Shown here: piece after piece, positions 1 to 12,659 of the stretch
Position numbering within the stretch: position 1 is the first letter of the stretch
Layout of the letters: the number at the start of each line of letters is the position of its first letter
Source: Zancudomyces culisetae HAW-14-8
Lineage: Eukaryota > Fungi > Kickxellomycota
Direction of reading: 5' to 3'
Assembly (NCBI GenBank): GCA_052426225.1
Contig: JBNJNM010000015.1
Span: 558,001 to 622,000, forward strand
Length of the DNA stretch: 64,000 nucleotides
Notes under the pieces: model-generated
Database searches by the model: none
Told to the model about the DNA's origin: nothing
The model's input: the letters and a program-made list of their open reading frames with translations, nothing else
Translations under genes and position numbers: made by a program

Positions 1-283
1 ATCCGATCCAAACAACCCGGCATACACTAAGAACGACCGGGTTGTAGCTTCGCGCGATCTTGTCGATCTTATAAAATCCTGCTTAGAGCGTGACCCCAAA
101 AAGCGCCCCACCATTCCAGAGCTACTAAACCACTCGTTTCTTAGCATGCAGTATGACTCTGTACATTCTATTTCTCGTTGTCTAACGATACTGAAAAAAA
201 GTCCTCAATTTTTTGAAATGATTGACCAGTCAGACCCCTCAAACAACGTCGCCTTGGCCAAAAAACTTCTAGATTTACTGTAA
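1..283 (+). CDS. 3' end of a Ser/Thr(/Tyr) protein kinase, Mps1/TTK-like (partial)
   Basis: Frame 2 is open from the window start to TAA at 281-283. It encodes DLIKSCLERDPKKRPTIPELLNHSFL, a kinase subdomain XI resembling Mps1-family C-lobe ends. Not in the ORF track. Confidence 0.7.
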   Translation, partial: SDPNNPAYTKNDRVVASRDLVDLIKSCLERDPKKRPTIPELLNHSFLSMQYDSVHSISRCLTILKKSPQFFEMIDQSDPSNNVALAKKLLDLL

Positions 284-968
284 TTTGTTTTGCGTGTTCT
301 AAAAATGCGTTGAGTTTTTTAGATATTTCATTACATGTGCAAAATTCGTCGCGATGTTCATGCTAATAGACTTTGTATTATATTATGTTCTATGTTATTT
401 CCCTCAAAAATAAGATTCTAGATCATTCACACTGAAAGGAAAAAAAGAGGGAATAAAAAGTTGTCCTATTTAAGAATACTACTCGTGACATGTTTCTGAT
501 ACTACAGACTATGTAAGAGTAGGTGTTTTTAACCCTCCCCCCCCCCTTTCCCAAGTTTGGTAAAATGTGTCGCTTTATATAACCAGCATATTGCACAGAA
601 TTTTGAATTATCTTTAGGATGACTTTTCTTGTTAAAATTTTCTGTCTTTTCTGGATCTGTTGATTCATCTGACAGTAATAATTTTTATTGAGCTGGATAC
701 ATCAATATTAAGTACACACAGTACATTGAAATAAAAGAAAACAAAAATAGAAACAAAAAAGATTCAGCTTTCGCTAAATGCCCTATATTTACACTTAAAG
801 AAAAAAGAAAATTAAAAAACCTGGAACTCAATACTAATATATTGTTGATTGTGAGTTCCTACTAGAAACACTCTACAATATTCTCTACTTGTTTTTACAT
901 GGTGTATAACTAAAACTGATAAAGCTATATATCATCCAAATATTGGATTAAAAATACTAGTTCTTAGG

Positions 969-2582
969 TTATTGGTTTCTCGAGAACATATCCGATGTAA
1001 GAAAATACTCTGGCGGGCTTGAGCCTAAACTGATTAGCAAATCTCGGGCAAAGTCAAATTCACCTCGTTGAGGTTGTTGTTGTTGGGTTGGGTTGCTCTG
1101 TTGCTGCTGTAATAGTGCCAGTGCGATTTTATCAAGATCTAAAACCCTCTCATCATCCTTGTTGTTGTCAGGTTGTATATCAGCAACGTGACTGTATTGT
1201 GACTCGTACTTTTGTTTTTCATTATTTAGCGATTTGGCAAAGTCGAGTTTTGGGTAAAGTAGAATTTCTTTTCTTTTTCCACTTGTGATGACGGTTTCGG
1301 AACTATTTATTTTCATCTCAACACAGGTCTTCAGTATTTGGAGACAATAGTCGTAGTTGCAATTTTGAAGAGCCTCATTGAGCATGCTAGCAACATTTAT
1401 ACTTCCACTAGATGAATAGTTGTCAACCACTGCAACTTCGCTCTTGATTTTAAGTGCATAGTTCTTTGCTTTGGAATTCATTTCATTGATCTGCTCAATA
1501 CTGATGCATTTTTTGAGTTTGCAATTTCTTATGCATTCCAAAATATTTTTTGAAATAATAAACCCGCTGCACTCGATAAACTTTAGTATATCCCTAATTT
1601 TTTGGTTCTCCCTTCTGATAAATAGCTCTTTATACACATATCTCTTGTAATCTACCGACTCTGTGTTGGAAAAAAGATTGCGCGCCTTTCTATACACCCG
1701 ACACCGTAAGTCGTTGTTTTTGTTTTTTTGAGGATTTTTTTGCCTCCATGACTTCATCCTCTTTGTGGATGGTTTTGTAACATCTGGATCTGCATAAACA
1801 CTTGCTGATATGCCTTTACTTGCTTCCATATTTGTGTATGCAGCTGCAACTTTTTTTCTTTTTCTAGTTGGAATTATTGTGCTTATGAGATCAGACAACC
1901 TAGCTTGGTCACTGTTGTCATGTACATTCGTACCAATATCTGTTGTGTTAGGACCTGAGCTTGAAATAGTATTCTGTAAGATGGGAATAGCACTAGTGGT
2001 ACTGCTAGTGCTGAGACTGCTAATAAAGTCGTTACAACTGTCATTCCCAGAAGATATGAGTGAGTTTATATCAAATATTGCTTCCGGCAGTTCCCTGTGG
2101 CTGCTAGTTTTGTGAATACTTGCCTGATCATTAATAACTGATGAAAGAAACATGTCTGGATTTGATATTTGTTGTCTAAAAAGTGAGTTATAGCTATCCA
2201 TAGTGTTTATTAAATTGATATTGGACATCACGTGTTGTAAATCTGTGCAGGGTAGCTGTGTTGTAAAGTTGTTGGCAACGGATGTATTTTCATATCCACT
2301 TGCAATGTAGTTATATCTGGAAAGCCCGTCTAAGGCATCTACTGCAGCATTGTTTCCTGCTATTGTGGGACTCTTTAGATATTCAGCCGATGTAGCTCCT
2401 TCGTTTTTGGAGGATTTATTGTGATAATACCTTTCTAGAGGTATGAAACCATTTCTCGACTGAGTGGGTAGCGATTCCAAGCCAATGGGGTTGGCGATTT
2501 CATCCTGATAATTTATAATGCCACATCCTATGTACCCTCCGTTAAGATGTCCAAACTGGTTTGTGTTGTGATTATTTGACAT
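969..2582 (-). CDS. DUF3020-domain (Spp41-like) nuclear protein
   Basis: 537-aa intronless ORF. RMKSWRQKNPQKNKNNDLRCRVYRKARNLF matches the fungal DUF3020 signature (W.E.N..KNKDNDLRCRV..RA..LF). Basic NLS RKRKK and low-complexity S/N-rich N-terminus. Confidence 0.7.
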   Translation of the reverse strand: MSNNHNTNQFGHLNGGYIGCGIINYQDEIANPIGLESLPTQSRNGFIPLERYYHNKSSKNEGATSAEYLKSPTIAGNNAAVDALDGLSRYNYIASGYENTSVANNFTTQLPCTDLQHVMSNINLINTMDSYNSLFRQQISNPDMFLSSVINDQASIHKTSSHRELPEAIFDINSLISSGNDSCNDFISSLSTSSTTSAIPILQNTISSSGPNTTDIGTNVHDNSDQARLSDLISTIIPTRKRKKVAAAYTNMEASKGISASVYADPDVTKPSTKRMKSWRQKNPQKNKNNDLRCRVYRKARNLFSNTESVDYKRYVYKELFIRRENQKIRDILKFIECSGFIISKNILECIRNCKLKKCISIEQINEMNSKAKNYALKIKSEVAVVDNYSSSGSINVASMLNEALQNCNYDYCLQILKTCVEMKINSSETVITSGKRKEILLYPKLDFAKSLNNEKQKYESQYSHVADIQPDNNKDDERVLDLDKIALALLQQQQSNPTQQQQPQRGEFDFARDLLISLGSSPPEYFLTSDMFSRNQ

Positions 2583-4114
2583 GTTTTTTTTTTAAAAAAG
2601 CTATCTCATTCAATTTAATTTAGATGGCGCAGTTGAAAACTGACTATGGTATTTGATAATAGTAATAATATTCCTATTAGCTTAATATCTGATAAGCGCG
2701 GATAACTGACTGATTTATTGCTATACTCTTAATACCCTAACTATAGAATCTGTATAGTAGATACAATATGCACTGCGTTTAAGAAAGGGAAAAGGCTGGA
2801 AAAGTGGGATATCCAACATCTTTTTATATTTGCTGAATACGAGTGAGCCATGGTATCCATAAGCCGCAATATTAACACTAGAGGGATTTATTATACATCT
2901 AATGCGCTAAATATTTTTTCGGCTCATCTCTGTTCCTTTACCCTATTCTCATTCTGGAAGTAAAAAAAACGACAGTTAATTATTCCCAATATCTGTTTTT
3001 TTTACTGAATTAGATATTTTTACTGTTAAAGTTCAGTAAAAGTGTATGGCTATAATAATTGTGTAGTCCAGCTAGGAAAAGTAGTATAAACAAAATACAG
3101 TAATGCGTTTTGAAAATGTAAAAATACCACAGTGAGCGCAGGTAAAACCCTTTACAAGTGTGTTTGACTATTCACTACTATCATTTTTCTTTAAAAATAA
3201 TAAAAAATAGAACTGGTGGAACTATTAACAACTTTACTGCTTATCCATAGTTTTCATACACTGGAGGCCAAGCGAGCCTTTTCAACATTTTGAGGAGTAC
3301 ATACGTACATAACTAGGCAAAAATCGACTCTTATTTTCTCATCTGTCCTCAAGTTTCGAGATTATCTCTGTTTTTGCGGTTTGAGCAGTTACGACATTGT
3401 AAAGACCAACAGGTGGTTCCAGATAATATGATATTGCTGACTATAGCATACCCATGAATCCTTTCATCTGACATAACCTGTACGTATTTTGAATTTTCCA
3501 TGAACAACCAATAGTTTGCCGTCTATTCCACTTTTATATCTGCTCATCATTACTTTTATAAAAAGCGGAGTCAAATGCAAATGAAATGGCATGCAAGAAC
3601 AGGATAATGAATTGGCTTACTAGTAACCCCCCTTACAATAAGTAATACCACACAAATCAGCTCAACATCTATTACACTATTTTTATCTTTTCAAGGTTGA
3701 TATGCTAGAATAACGTTCAGAATGAACAAATAATCCCCAATTGACATGATATAACAAAGAGGAAGACAGAACCTAATAATAAGCGCAGAGACACATCCTG
3801 TTTTCTTTCTATCATTCAAAAAAGTGCAAGTGATACAAGTAATTTGGCTTTTCCACTTTCGGTGCATAACAAAGGCTAGAATTATTTTTGTATATTTTAT
3901 GTTCTTGGATATTGAAATCAGTAGCAAACAAACGGCGAATAAAATTGGATTAATTTTCAAAAAAAAAACTACAGAGATGAGCGCGTAAATGTGTGGATTT
4001 TGGGATTTCATATTTTTTAATTTCAATTCTTATACTCCTACAAACTATCCTTGAATAAAAAATCCACCTTGTATAAAATTTATATATCTAATTATACTGA
4101 AGAAAAATAGCACG

Positions 4115-5353
4115 ATGGAGAAAGCGATTCAATTCCCCAATTTAATTATTCCTCTCGATCAACCATCGTCCTACAAGGACCGCCAATTTAAGGTAATCCC
4201 ACTTTGGATTTATATTTTGTAATGCATATAAGAACAAAAAAATGTCTAGCAGGGATGAAAAATAAATCAAAAAGAAATCCTACAGAATATTTATTCCTTG
4301 GAATTACACGTAGGGCACCACCGAAGAATGGGTAGATGGACTACTGAAAACCACGACACTTTACGTTGGAAATCTTTCATTCTATACAACTGAGGAGCAG
4401 ATCCACGAACTTTTTTCTAGATGCGGAGAGATCAAGAGAATAGTAATGGGGCTGGATAGTCTCAAAAAGACTCCTTGTGGATTCTGTTTTGTAGAGTAAG
4501 TCACACTTTTTTATTTTTGGTAGGGTAGGCATTTGGCGGATGCATAAACTAACGAGTTTAACTATTATTAGATATTACACAAGAAAGGCAACATCAGATT
4601 GCATGAGGTTTATAAATGGAACTAAGCTTGATAACAGAGTAATAAGAACAGATTTAGATCCAGGATTTAAAGAGGGCAGGCAATTTGGACGAGGAAAAAG
4701 TGGTGGTCAGGTATGAAATATTTATTTCTTGTTAACGCCTTTTTTTTCTTGAAAAAATAAAAGTCCTAGTTGGGTATAAACTTGATGAGAAGTCGAGAGA
4801 CGTATATGAATAGATAAAAAAACAAAGCCTAGATTCTTTGGTGAGATTATTTCAATGCGCAAACTGTTATGGTATCTTTTTTTAGATAAGAGACGAGCAT
4901 AGAAATACATATGACGAAGGAAGAGGAGGGTGGGGTCATGCAAGGGCAAGACAGGCCGAAATGCAGCAAAAAAGCTTTATGCATGCCTATGGCTCAATTT
5001 CCACTATGGCTGGTGGGCAAGACCTGAGCATAAACTCGCGACTCGGCGGTCCAGTAGTGGATAGAAAACGAAATAAACGTGGCGCTGACTCGCTTGAGGA
5101 TGATGGCCGCTATGATGATGGCTACAGCAAAAGGATGCGCTCCGATCGATTCTCCGATAACTCAAATAGGACACTTGGTGACGAATCCGCCAAAAACTAT
5201 GAAAATGTAAGTGTTATTTAGTATTTAGGTTTAGGTTTGCTGTAAATACATGATATCTTTGATTCAAGTGTCCCTACATTACGTGGTTTAAATCTTTGCT
5301 TTTCAATGTTTTTTCGTTAGGAAAACCGAGATGGTGATAATGCTGACGAGTAA
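4115..5353 (+). CDS. CBC2: Nuclear cap-binding protein subunit 2 (CBP20), 5 exons: 4115-4192, 4314-4495, 4572-4710, 4886-5206, 5321-5353
   Basis: Spliced translation gives YKDRQFK|GT...[36 protein letters not shown]...TPCGFCFVE|YY...[33 protein letters not shown]|IRDE. All introns are GT-AG and preserve frame. Confidence 0.95.
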
Positions 5354-5722
5354 CAACAACATATAGTTTTTACGATTCGAGCGAGGCTTATAGCTCGTTT
5401 TAGCTTTTCTGCGTTTTATAACGATTTATTCATCGATTTTGATTATACTGTACTTGTCTATGAAAATAAACACACTGTTGATAGTTCTCTTAATTTACTT
5501 TGGATCACTAACATATGAGAGATAGATTGATAAATGGTGTGTTGATGATACAAAAAAAACGAGATCGTAAAGTGGAATATTCCATGAGAGTCGATTTAAC
5601 TCCCTAGCTTAAAATCATGTTCTGTACAAATGATATTGTGGTAACAGGTATCCAATTAACTAACCCAAAAATAAAAAACACGTTCCCACTTCAATTCAAG
5701 TGAGCAAAACACAAAAGTAATG

Positions 5723-5804
5723 CGTCAGCAGCAGGATTTGAACCTGCGCGGGCAGAGCCCAACAGATTTCGAGTCTGTCTCCTTAACCACTCGGACATAC
5801 TGAC
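5723..5804 (-). tRNA. tRNA-Ser (anticodon CGA), intronless, long variable arm
   Basis: Reverse complement is GTCAGTATGTCCGAGTGGTTAAGGAGACAGA-CT-CGA-AA-TCTGTTGGGCTCTGCCCGCGCAGGTTCAAATCCTGCTGCTGACG (82 nt). A and B boxes present, with T-runs downstream. Confidence 0.97.
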
Positions 5805-7252
5805 TTATTTTTGTCAAACAAGTTATAATATTATAATTCTTATTTTTAGTTTTTAGTTTTTTATCAATAGGTTTTTGTTAGTAATTAAAGATTCTCTTAT
5901 GAATGAAGTAAAAATCATCTTTTTGAAAATTTCTAAACTAAGTATAAATTTATCAATTTTATATTGTACAACTGAGTAGAGCTATTAAATAGTTTTTAAC
6001 TACTTTGTCGACAAAAGTAAAATCCACTCGACATTTTTTTAAAAAAGTTAGAAAGTTAATATAGTAAATTATATTTTATTCAATTGACTTGAGGTTGACA
6101 TTTGTATATTTATTTACTACTAAACATATATCAGTTTATTAAAAGAAATAAAATTTAACTTATCTAAATAAGTTAACAAAATTAATAAGAATTGATAAAG
6201 ATCTAGTACTTGTAGCATGTAAACACCATATAGTAACATTCGAGTAATATTTTAACTTTATTGTTTCGACTACAATGGTGGTATCACCAATACGAGATTG
6301 ACACTATTAGTTCAGTATCGAAACAGTTGATTCGTACTTGACTATCTTTATACACATTTTAGGATCAAAGTCTTATTGTCAATACTAAAATTTGCATACA
6401 AAATAAACCAGTGATGTGTAGTTACTATAACCCAGATACAGCACTTTTTGAAACACCATATTTATATCTCGATTTACATATTTAGATTGCGCAGTATAAT
6501 ATCTCGATTATTTATAGTTTATACTAGTGATATTTATCCTATAATCTAGTAAATATTTAGTTGTCGGAACTTGATTGTTTATTCTTTATATCTTTTAATA
6601 CCCAGGTTTTATCAAATATCCCTTAACATAGATTTGTTCAGGAATGTGGTAAAAGATCTCCGCAGCAACAAAGATCAGCATCCTTAGAATAAGTAATTAT
6701 ATATTTGCTGCGGATTAGGATTAAGATTTTTGGTTATTATTTTCATTTGCCTAGTTTATTTATTTTAGATCAATGTACTCAATTCCCAATGATTAATAAT
6801 TCTTTTATTTATTGGATTGTTTTAACATTTGTAAACTGATTTATACTTATTGGGTGTTCAAATATTCAACTTAATGTATAGCCATACACAAATAATTAAA
6901 ACTTCGTAACTCATCAATTTCTGATGAACAATCGAACTAATTACTGTTAGTAGAACTGGATAAAAACGCAATTGATAGAGAGAAATGAAATTTGCCTAAC
7001 CCAACAAACCTCTTTATATTATTTTGATTTCAGCTTTGAAGAGACTATTTAAACTCCAACTTTGCTACAAAAAGGAAAGCAATATCTCGGACTCTAATAA
7101 CTATTTTAGTAGTACTTATTTTATTTTGGTTAACTGATAGCAATCACAATTTCACTACAATACTAAGTGAAGGGCAATATTGTTTCCTAAAAACGAATAT
7201 AGGAAAATTTGTTCATTTAATACAAGCAACATAAATATACTAACACAAAAAG

Positions 7253-8215
7253 ATGACAACTAACTATCTATTCAGGTGCGAAAACGATAATGTTTTTCCA
7301 AATGTTAAATTTATTGTAACTGGGCAATATAAAAATTTACAACTAAACGATAACGAGTTTAGTTTGAGCGATGGGCATACTTATTATTCTACGCAATTCC
7401 ACCTGGAAGAAGAATACTCTGAATCATCCTATGATCCATTTGTATATTTCATACATAATAATAAGTATCTATCATGCGTGGAGAATAGATTATCATTATC
7501 AAGTGATAAAAATAATTCAATATATATTGAAGGGTCAACTTGTTCCGATTTATCGCAAGACAAAACAGGCGATATATTGGTGAGTAGAGAAGAAAAATAT
7601 CTTCAAATATTCAATATAAAGCATGGGGACCTGTACATGGATATCAATTTAAATTTTACCTCTGATAAAGAAAATGCTGTTAGTTTACAACTATATACCG
7701 AATCGGACTATACCCATGAAATGAGAGATACCGAACCAGTACCTACCAAAGCTGATGATAAATATATTACGGCTAATGGTGTAAACATGTTAAACGAGAA
7801 TTTGTACTTTATTCTACCAAAGTTGCACTCAGGCACCAGTTTCAATCCAGATTACTTTGATTACGATATTCCATTCACAGCAACCGAGAGGGATGCTAAA
7901 GATTTTGTTATTAGCGACGAAATATATGCTAATGGGGAATCCTACAAATTTGAACTGATAGATGGTATATATTATATATCAACTAGTGGACATTATCTTG
8001 GTACTAATGAAGAAAAAAATGTTCTTGCGTTATACCCTTATATTCCGGAAAATAAAATAAAATTAATACCCACAGGTATTAAATGCATGTACTATATAAT
8101 GGATTATGATGAAGAATACTACTATCAATACTTTTTCGCAAAAGGATGCTATAGTACTTTTGGTAGCACTAAAGATAAAAACAGTGCATCTATGTTCCAA
8201 TTTATTTCTATTTAA
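7253..8215 (+). CDS. Orphan 320-aa acidic, Tyr-rich protein, possibly two tandem beta-trefoil-like domains
   Basis: Long intronless ORF in very AT-rich DNA, no signal peptide. Internal echoes: YFIHNNKYLSC / YYISTSGHYLGT and FTSDKENAVSLQL / STKDKNSASMFQF. The fold call is pattern-based only. Confidence 0.75.
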   Translation: MTTNYLFRCENDNVFPNVKFIVTGQYKNLQLNDNEFSLSDGHTYYSTQFHLEEEYSESSYDPFVYFIHNNKYLSCVENRLSLSSDKNNSIYIEGSTCSDLSQDKTGDILVSREEKYLQIFNIKHGDLYMDINLNFTSDKENAVSLQLYTESDYTHEMRDTEPVPTKADDKYITANGVNMLNENLYFILPKLHSGTSFNPDYFDYDIPFTATERDAKDFVISDEIYANGESYKFELIDGIYYISTSGHYLGTNEEKNVLALYPYIPENKIKLIPTGIKCMYYIMDYDEEYYYQYFFAKGCYSTFGSTKDKNSASMFQFISI

Positions 8216-8621
8216 ATGCATTTTTATGGTTATTCTTTTAAAATTAAATCACACATTCTAATAAAAGTAAAAAGTTGTTATATCTATCACAACGATGTAT
8301 AAATGGCCTAAAATATTGTGTCCAGTTGTAAAAACAAACTAAAAAAGTAAGAATAAAACCACAAATATACTGGAACCTACTGTTAATTCGTGATCGCCAT
8401 TGTTTAAATAAATACTTTAAGTGTCATATTTCAATTGAAATCAGACCTCTGTAAAAATTCAAGTGATTTGATTTATTAGTGCAAATATGCGCTACTCACG
8501 AAACTGCAAATGGAATGTATAAACCAATTGCATTCACAGCTATTAAGGAGGGTAAATAAAAAGAACGATATATATATATGGGAAAAAACGAGCGCGCTTA
8601 AAAAGGGGGCACTACAACTAA

Positions 8622-10122
<1,501 letters not shown>

Positions 10123-10948
10123 TTTCTCTTTGTTAGTGTACTTGTTTTACCAAACTTGAAGTATATTAAAGTTCAAGATATTTTCGATAAAATTTTTCGA
10201 TAAAATATTTTAGCAAGATTTTTTATACAAGTTCCGCAAAATTGGAGAAAAATTGATATCGCAAAAATTGCTAAATTGGGCATGATGACAAATCAGATCG
10301 ATTTTAATATAATTGTTTCACTTTCATATCTTTTGCTGCGGTTTATACAATCCCAAAAACAATCTGGATGAAATTCTGGCATTGAGCCCAGGCTCCCCAA
10401 AAAATGATAAAAGTATGGTAAAAAAATAAGCTGAATAACTATGTAGCTACATATTAAATCCAAATGCATAGGTCAGTCGATCATCCAAATTAATAACATT
10501 CGTTGTTAATGTACACCACTGCTTTCGCTCTCAATGATATACCAGCATCAATATCAAATGCCAGTATTTGCAGGAAAGAATCTTAGTATTACATTTTCAA
10601 ATAGTGCATAAAAACTCAATAATTCACTACTAACCCAAAGCGCATAGCAGGAGTGCAGCTAACATAATTGTCCGCTGTATGTTCCCTTCACCACTTTAAT
10701 CGCTTTCTTTATACTCGATGGGAACCATTAGCCCACAATAAATAATTAAAATACTTTCTTCCCTTATATTAACTTGCCAACAAAAACAAAAAAAAAGATA
10801 CGATCAAAAAAATAACAGGCTTAAGGTAAATACAAGAAAATGAAAATAATATCCCCTCAATTAAGTACAAAAACAAAACACACAAGAAAGAAAAGAACAG
10901 AAATGACATTAAAAGAAGAAAAACCACTAGTTCTTATATTGTCGTAAT

Positions 10949-11335
10949 TTATTCGGTAATCAAATCTTGTACTCTCCAGTCCTCATACGATCCATCGGGC
11001 AAATATCGTCTGATAATCAAAGGAATTTTCTTTTCACGCAATTCTTTGGCTGCGATTTCCAGTGGATCGCTCTCACCTTCCAATTCAACCATAACAGGCG
11101 CACTCAAACTGAGCTGAAGGGCTCGTGTTCCCAGAATTCTGGCTCGTTCGTACTTTGTCATGTATGGGGTGGTTACGCGCTCTTTGCTTGCCTTTGGATC
11201 ATCGTTTTGGAGCTCTGAATCGACAATCTGAGTGTTAAATTCTTGCTCTTCTGGATTGTCTAAATCGTATTCATGTTCGTCGATTTCTTCATAGTCGTTA
11301 TATCCGTCGGAACGTTCTCCAAAATCATCATCCAT
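10949..11335 (-). CDS. RPB6: RNA polymerase I/II/III shared subunit RPABC2
   Basis: [20 protein letters not shown]...[29 protein letters not shown]...TAACAG just upstream of the ATG suggests a 5' UTR intron. Confidence 0.97.
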   Translation of the reverse strand: MDDDFGERSDGYNDYEEIDEHEYDLDNPEEQEFNTQIVDSELQNDDPKASKERVTTPYMTKYERARILGTRALQLSLSAPVMVELEGESDPLEIAAKELREKKIPLIIRRYLPDGSYEDWRVQDLITE

Positions 11336-11918
11336 TTTTGAATATCCTGTTAATTATGTTAGTTTTTGGTTGATTTAAACACAGTGAATGGCAAAAAAAA
11401 ACAAAGTATGTGATTTTTCTCTAGATGGTCTATAATTACAAACTCTAAAATATGAAAGAAAAACGCAGAAAGAAAACTAGTCTCAGTAAGATTATAATTT
11501 TCTACTATGTGTTTCTCATAAACTAAAAAACTGTGGGTGTATATAACATTTATTCAACTATGGTATTAGCAGAATTTTCGCAAATCGAGTCAAAAAAAAA
11601 ATTTTTTTTTTCAGCTAGATAATTGGTGAGGTGTGCGTTTTAGTAAGAGCGAAAAAATCGAGAGAATAAGAACGGAAACACGAAAATTATCATAGGCCAA
11701 TTTGATGGTTGCCAATAGCTTTTCGTTTGATATTTACTTGGTTTTTAAGCCTACAATTAAATGCCCGTAAAGCTTGGTAATGTATGATTATATATTTTGT
11801 TTATTTCTTTGTTTACGAAAAGTGAGGATACAAGTTTGTAAAAAATAGCAGTAGCTAGAGAAACAAAACCAGATAGAGGGATTCTCGCCCAGGATTTCAA
11901 CACAGATTTGTTTTAAAA

Positions 11919-12659
11919 ATGATTAAAAAGGTAAACAAGTCCGAGTTTACTATTGGAATTCAAAAAAACCTACATGTTAAAACACTTGATTTGGAACCAT
12001 TCTTACTTATCTTATGAATAAAACCACAATATACAAATAGGACACTGTAATATATTCCGTTCTCGGCGGAATTTTTGCTTCTTCCTCGTCGTTGTTTGCT
12101 AAAATTGCGGTATCAAGCACCGAAAAAGTATCGATACTCAACAATGCGCTAAAGTATTTTGAGCTTGAAAGTGGGATAAAGGTAAAACTCCTCACTTCCC
12201 TCTGCCTCCCTCCCTAAATAAATATCATTTTTCAAAATTTCAGTGTTAATGAAAGGGGATTTAAAAATATATTTTATATTCCAGTGTAAAAAAAGAAACA
12301 TATAAACAAAACGACTATTGGTATAAAGAGATAAATGATAATTGTTATGATAGGTAGAGGTGGTTTTAAGAGCGATTATGATAGCGGGGATAACAATAAG
12401 CAATAGTTTGATGTGGCTATATTTTTCAAAAGCATTGGCAAGTAGTAGTTCAAGTGTTCATGTAACATTGCTGCAAAACCTTTCAAATTTTATCCTCACA
12501 GCAATATTTGGGATTTTTCTGTTTGAGCATAAGGTGAATACAGGATGGTACCTCGGAATATTGTTGATAGGTGGTGGATTGGCGCTTATGACAAAGGATC
12601 AGGATCAAAGTAAGGATAGTGGTAAAGATTCTAAAAAAGATAAACAAAAATCAGAGTGA
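11919..12659 (+). CDS. TMEM42-like small DMT/EamA-type membrane protein; exons 11919-11930, 12041-12181, 12354-12659
   Basis: MIKK|DTVIYSVLGGIFASSSSLFAKIAV...|...NSLMWLYFSKALASSSSSVHVTLLQNLSNFILTAIFGIFLFEHKVNTGWYLGILLI. GT-AG introns in frame. Confidence 0.8.

Noticed and set aside
2700-4030. Possible small gene or pseudogene (ORF 3691-4026 and splice-like sites near 3480-3640)
   Set aside because: No frame gave a recognisable or extended protein.
5723-5804. Long-variable-arm tRNA as a possible tRNA-Sec (some early-diverging fungi use selenocysteine)
   Set aside because: The anticodon is CGA with a normal 7-bp acceptor stem and 82-nt length, so it is an ordinary tRNA-Ser. I found no convincing in-frame TGA selenoprotein in the window.
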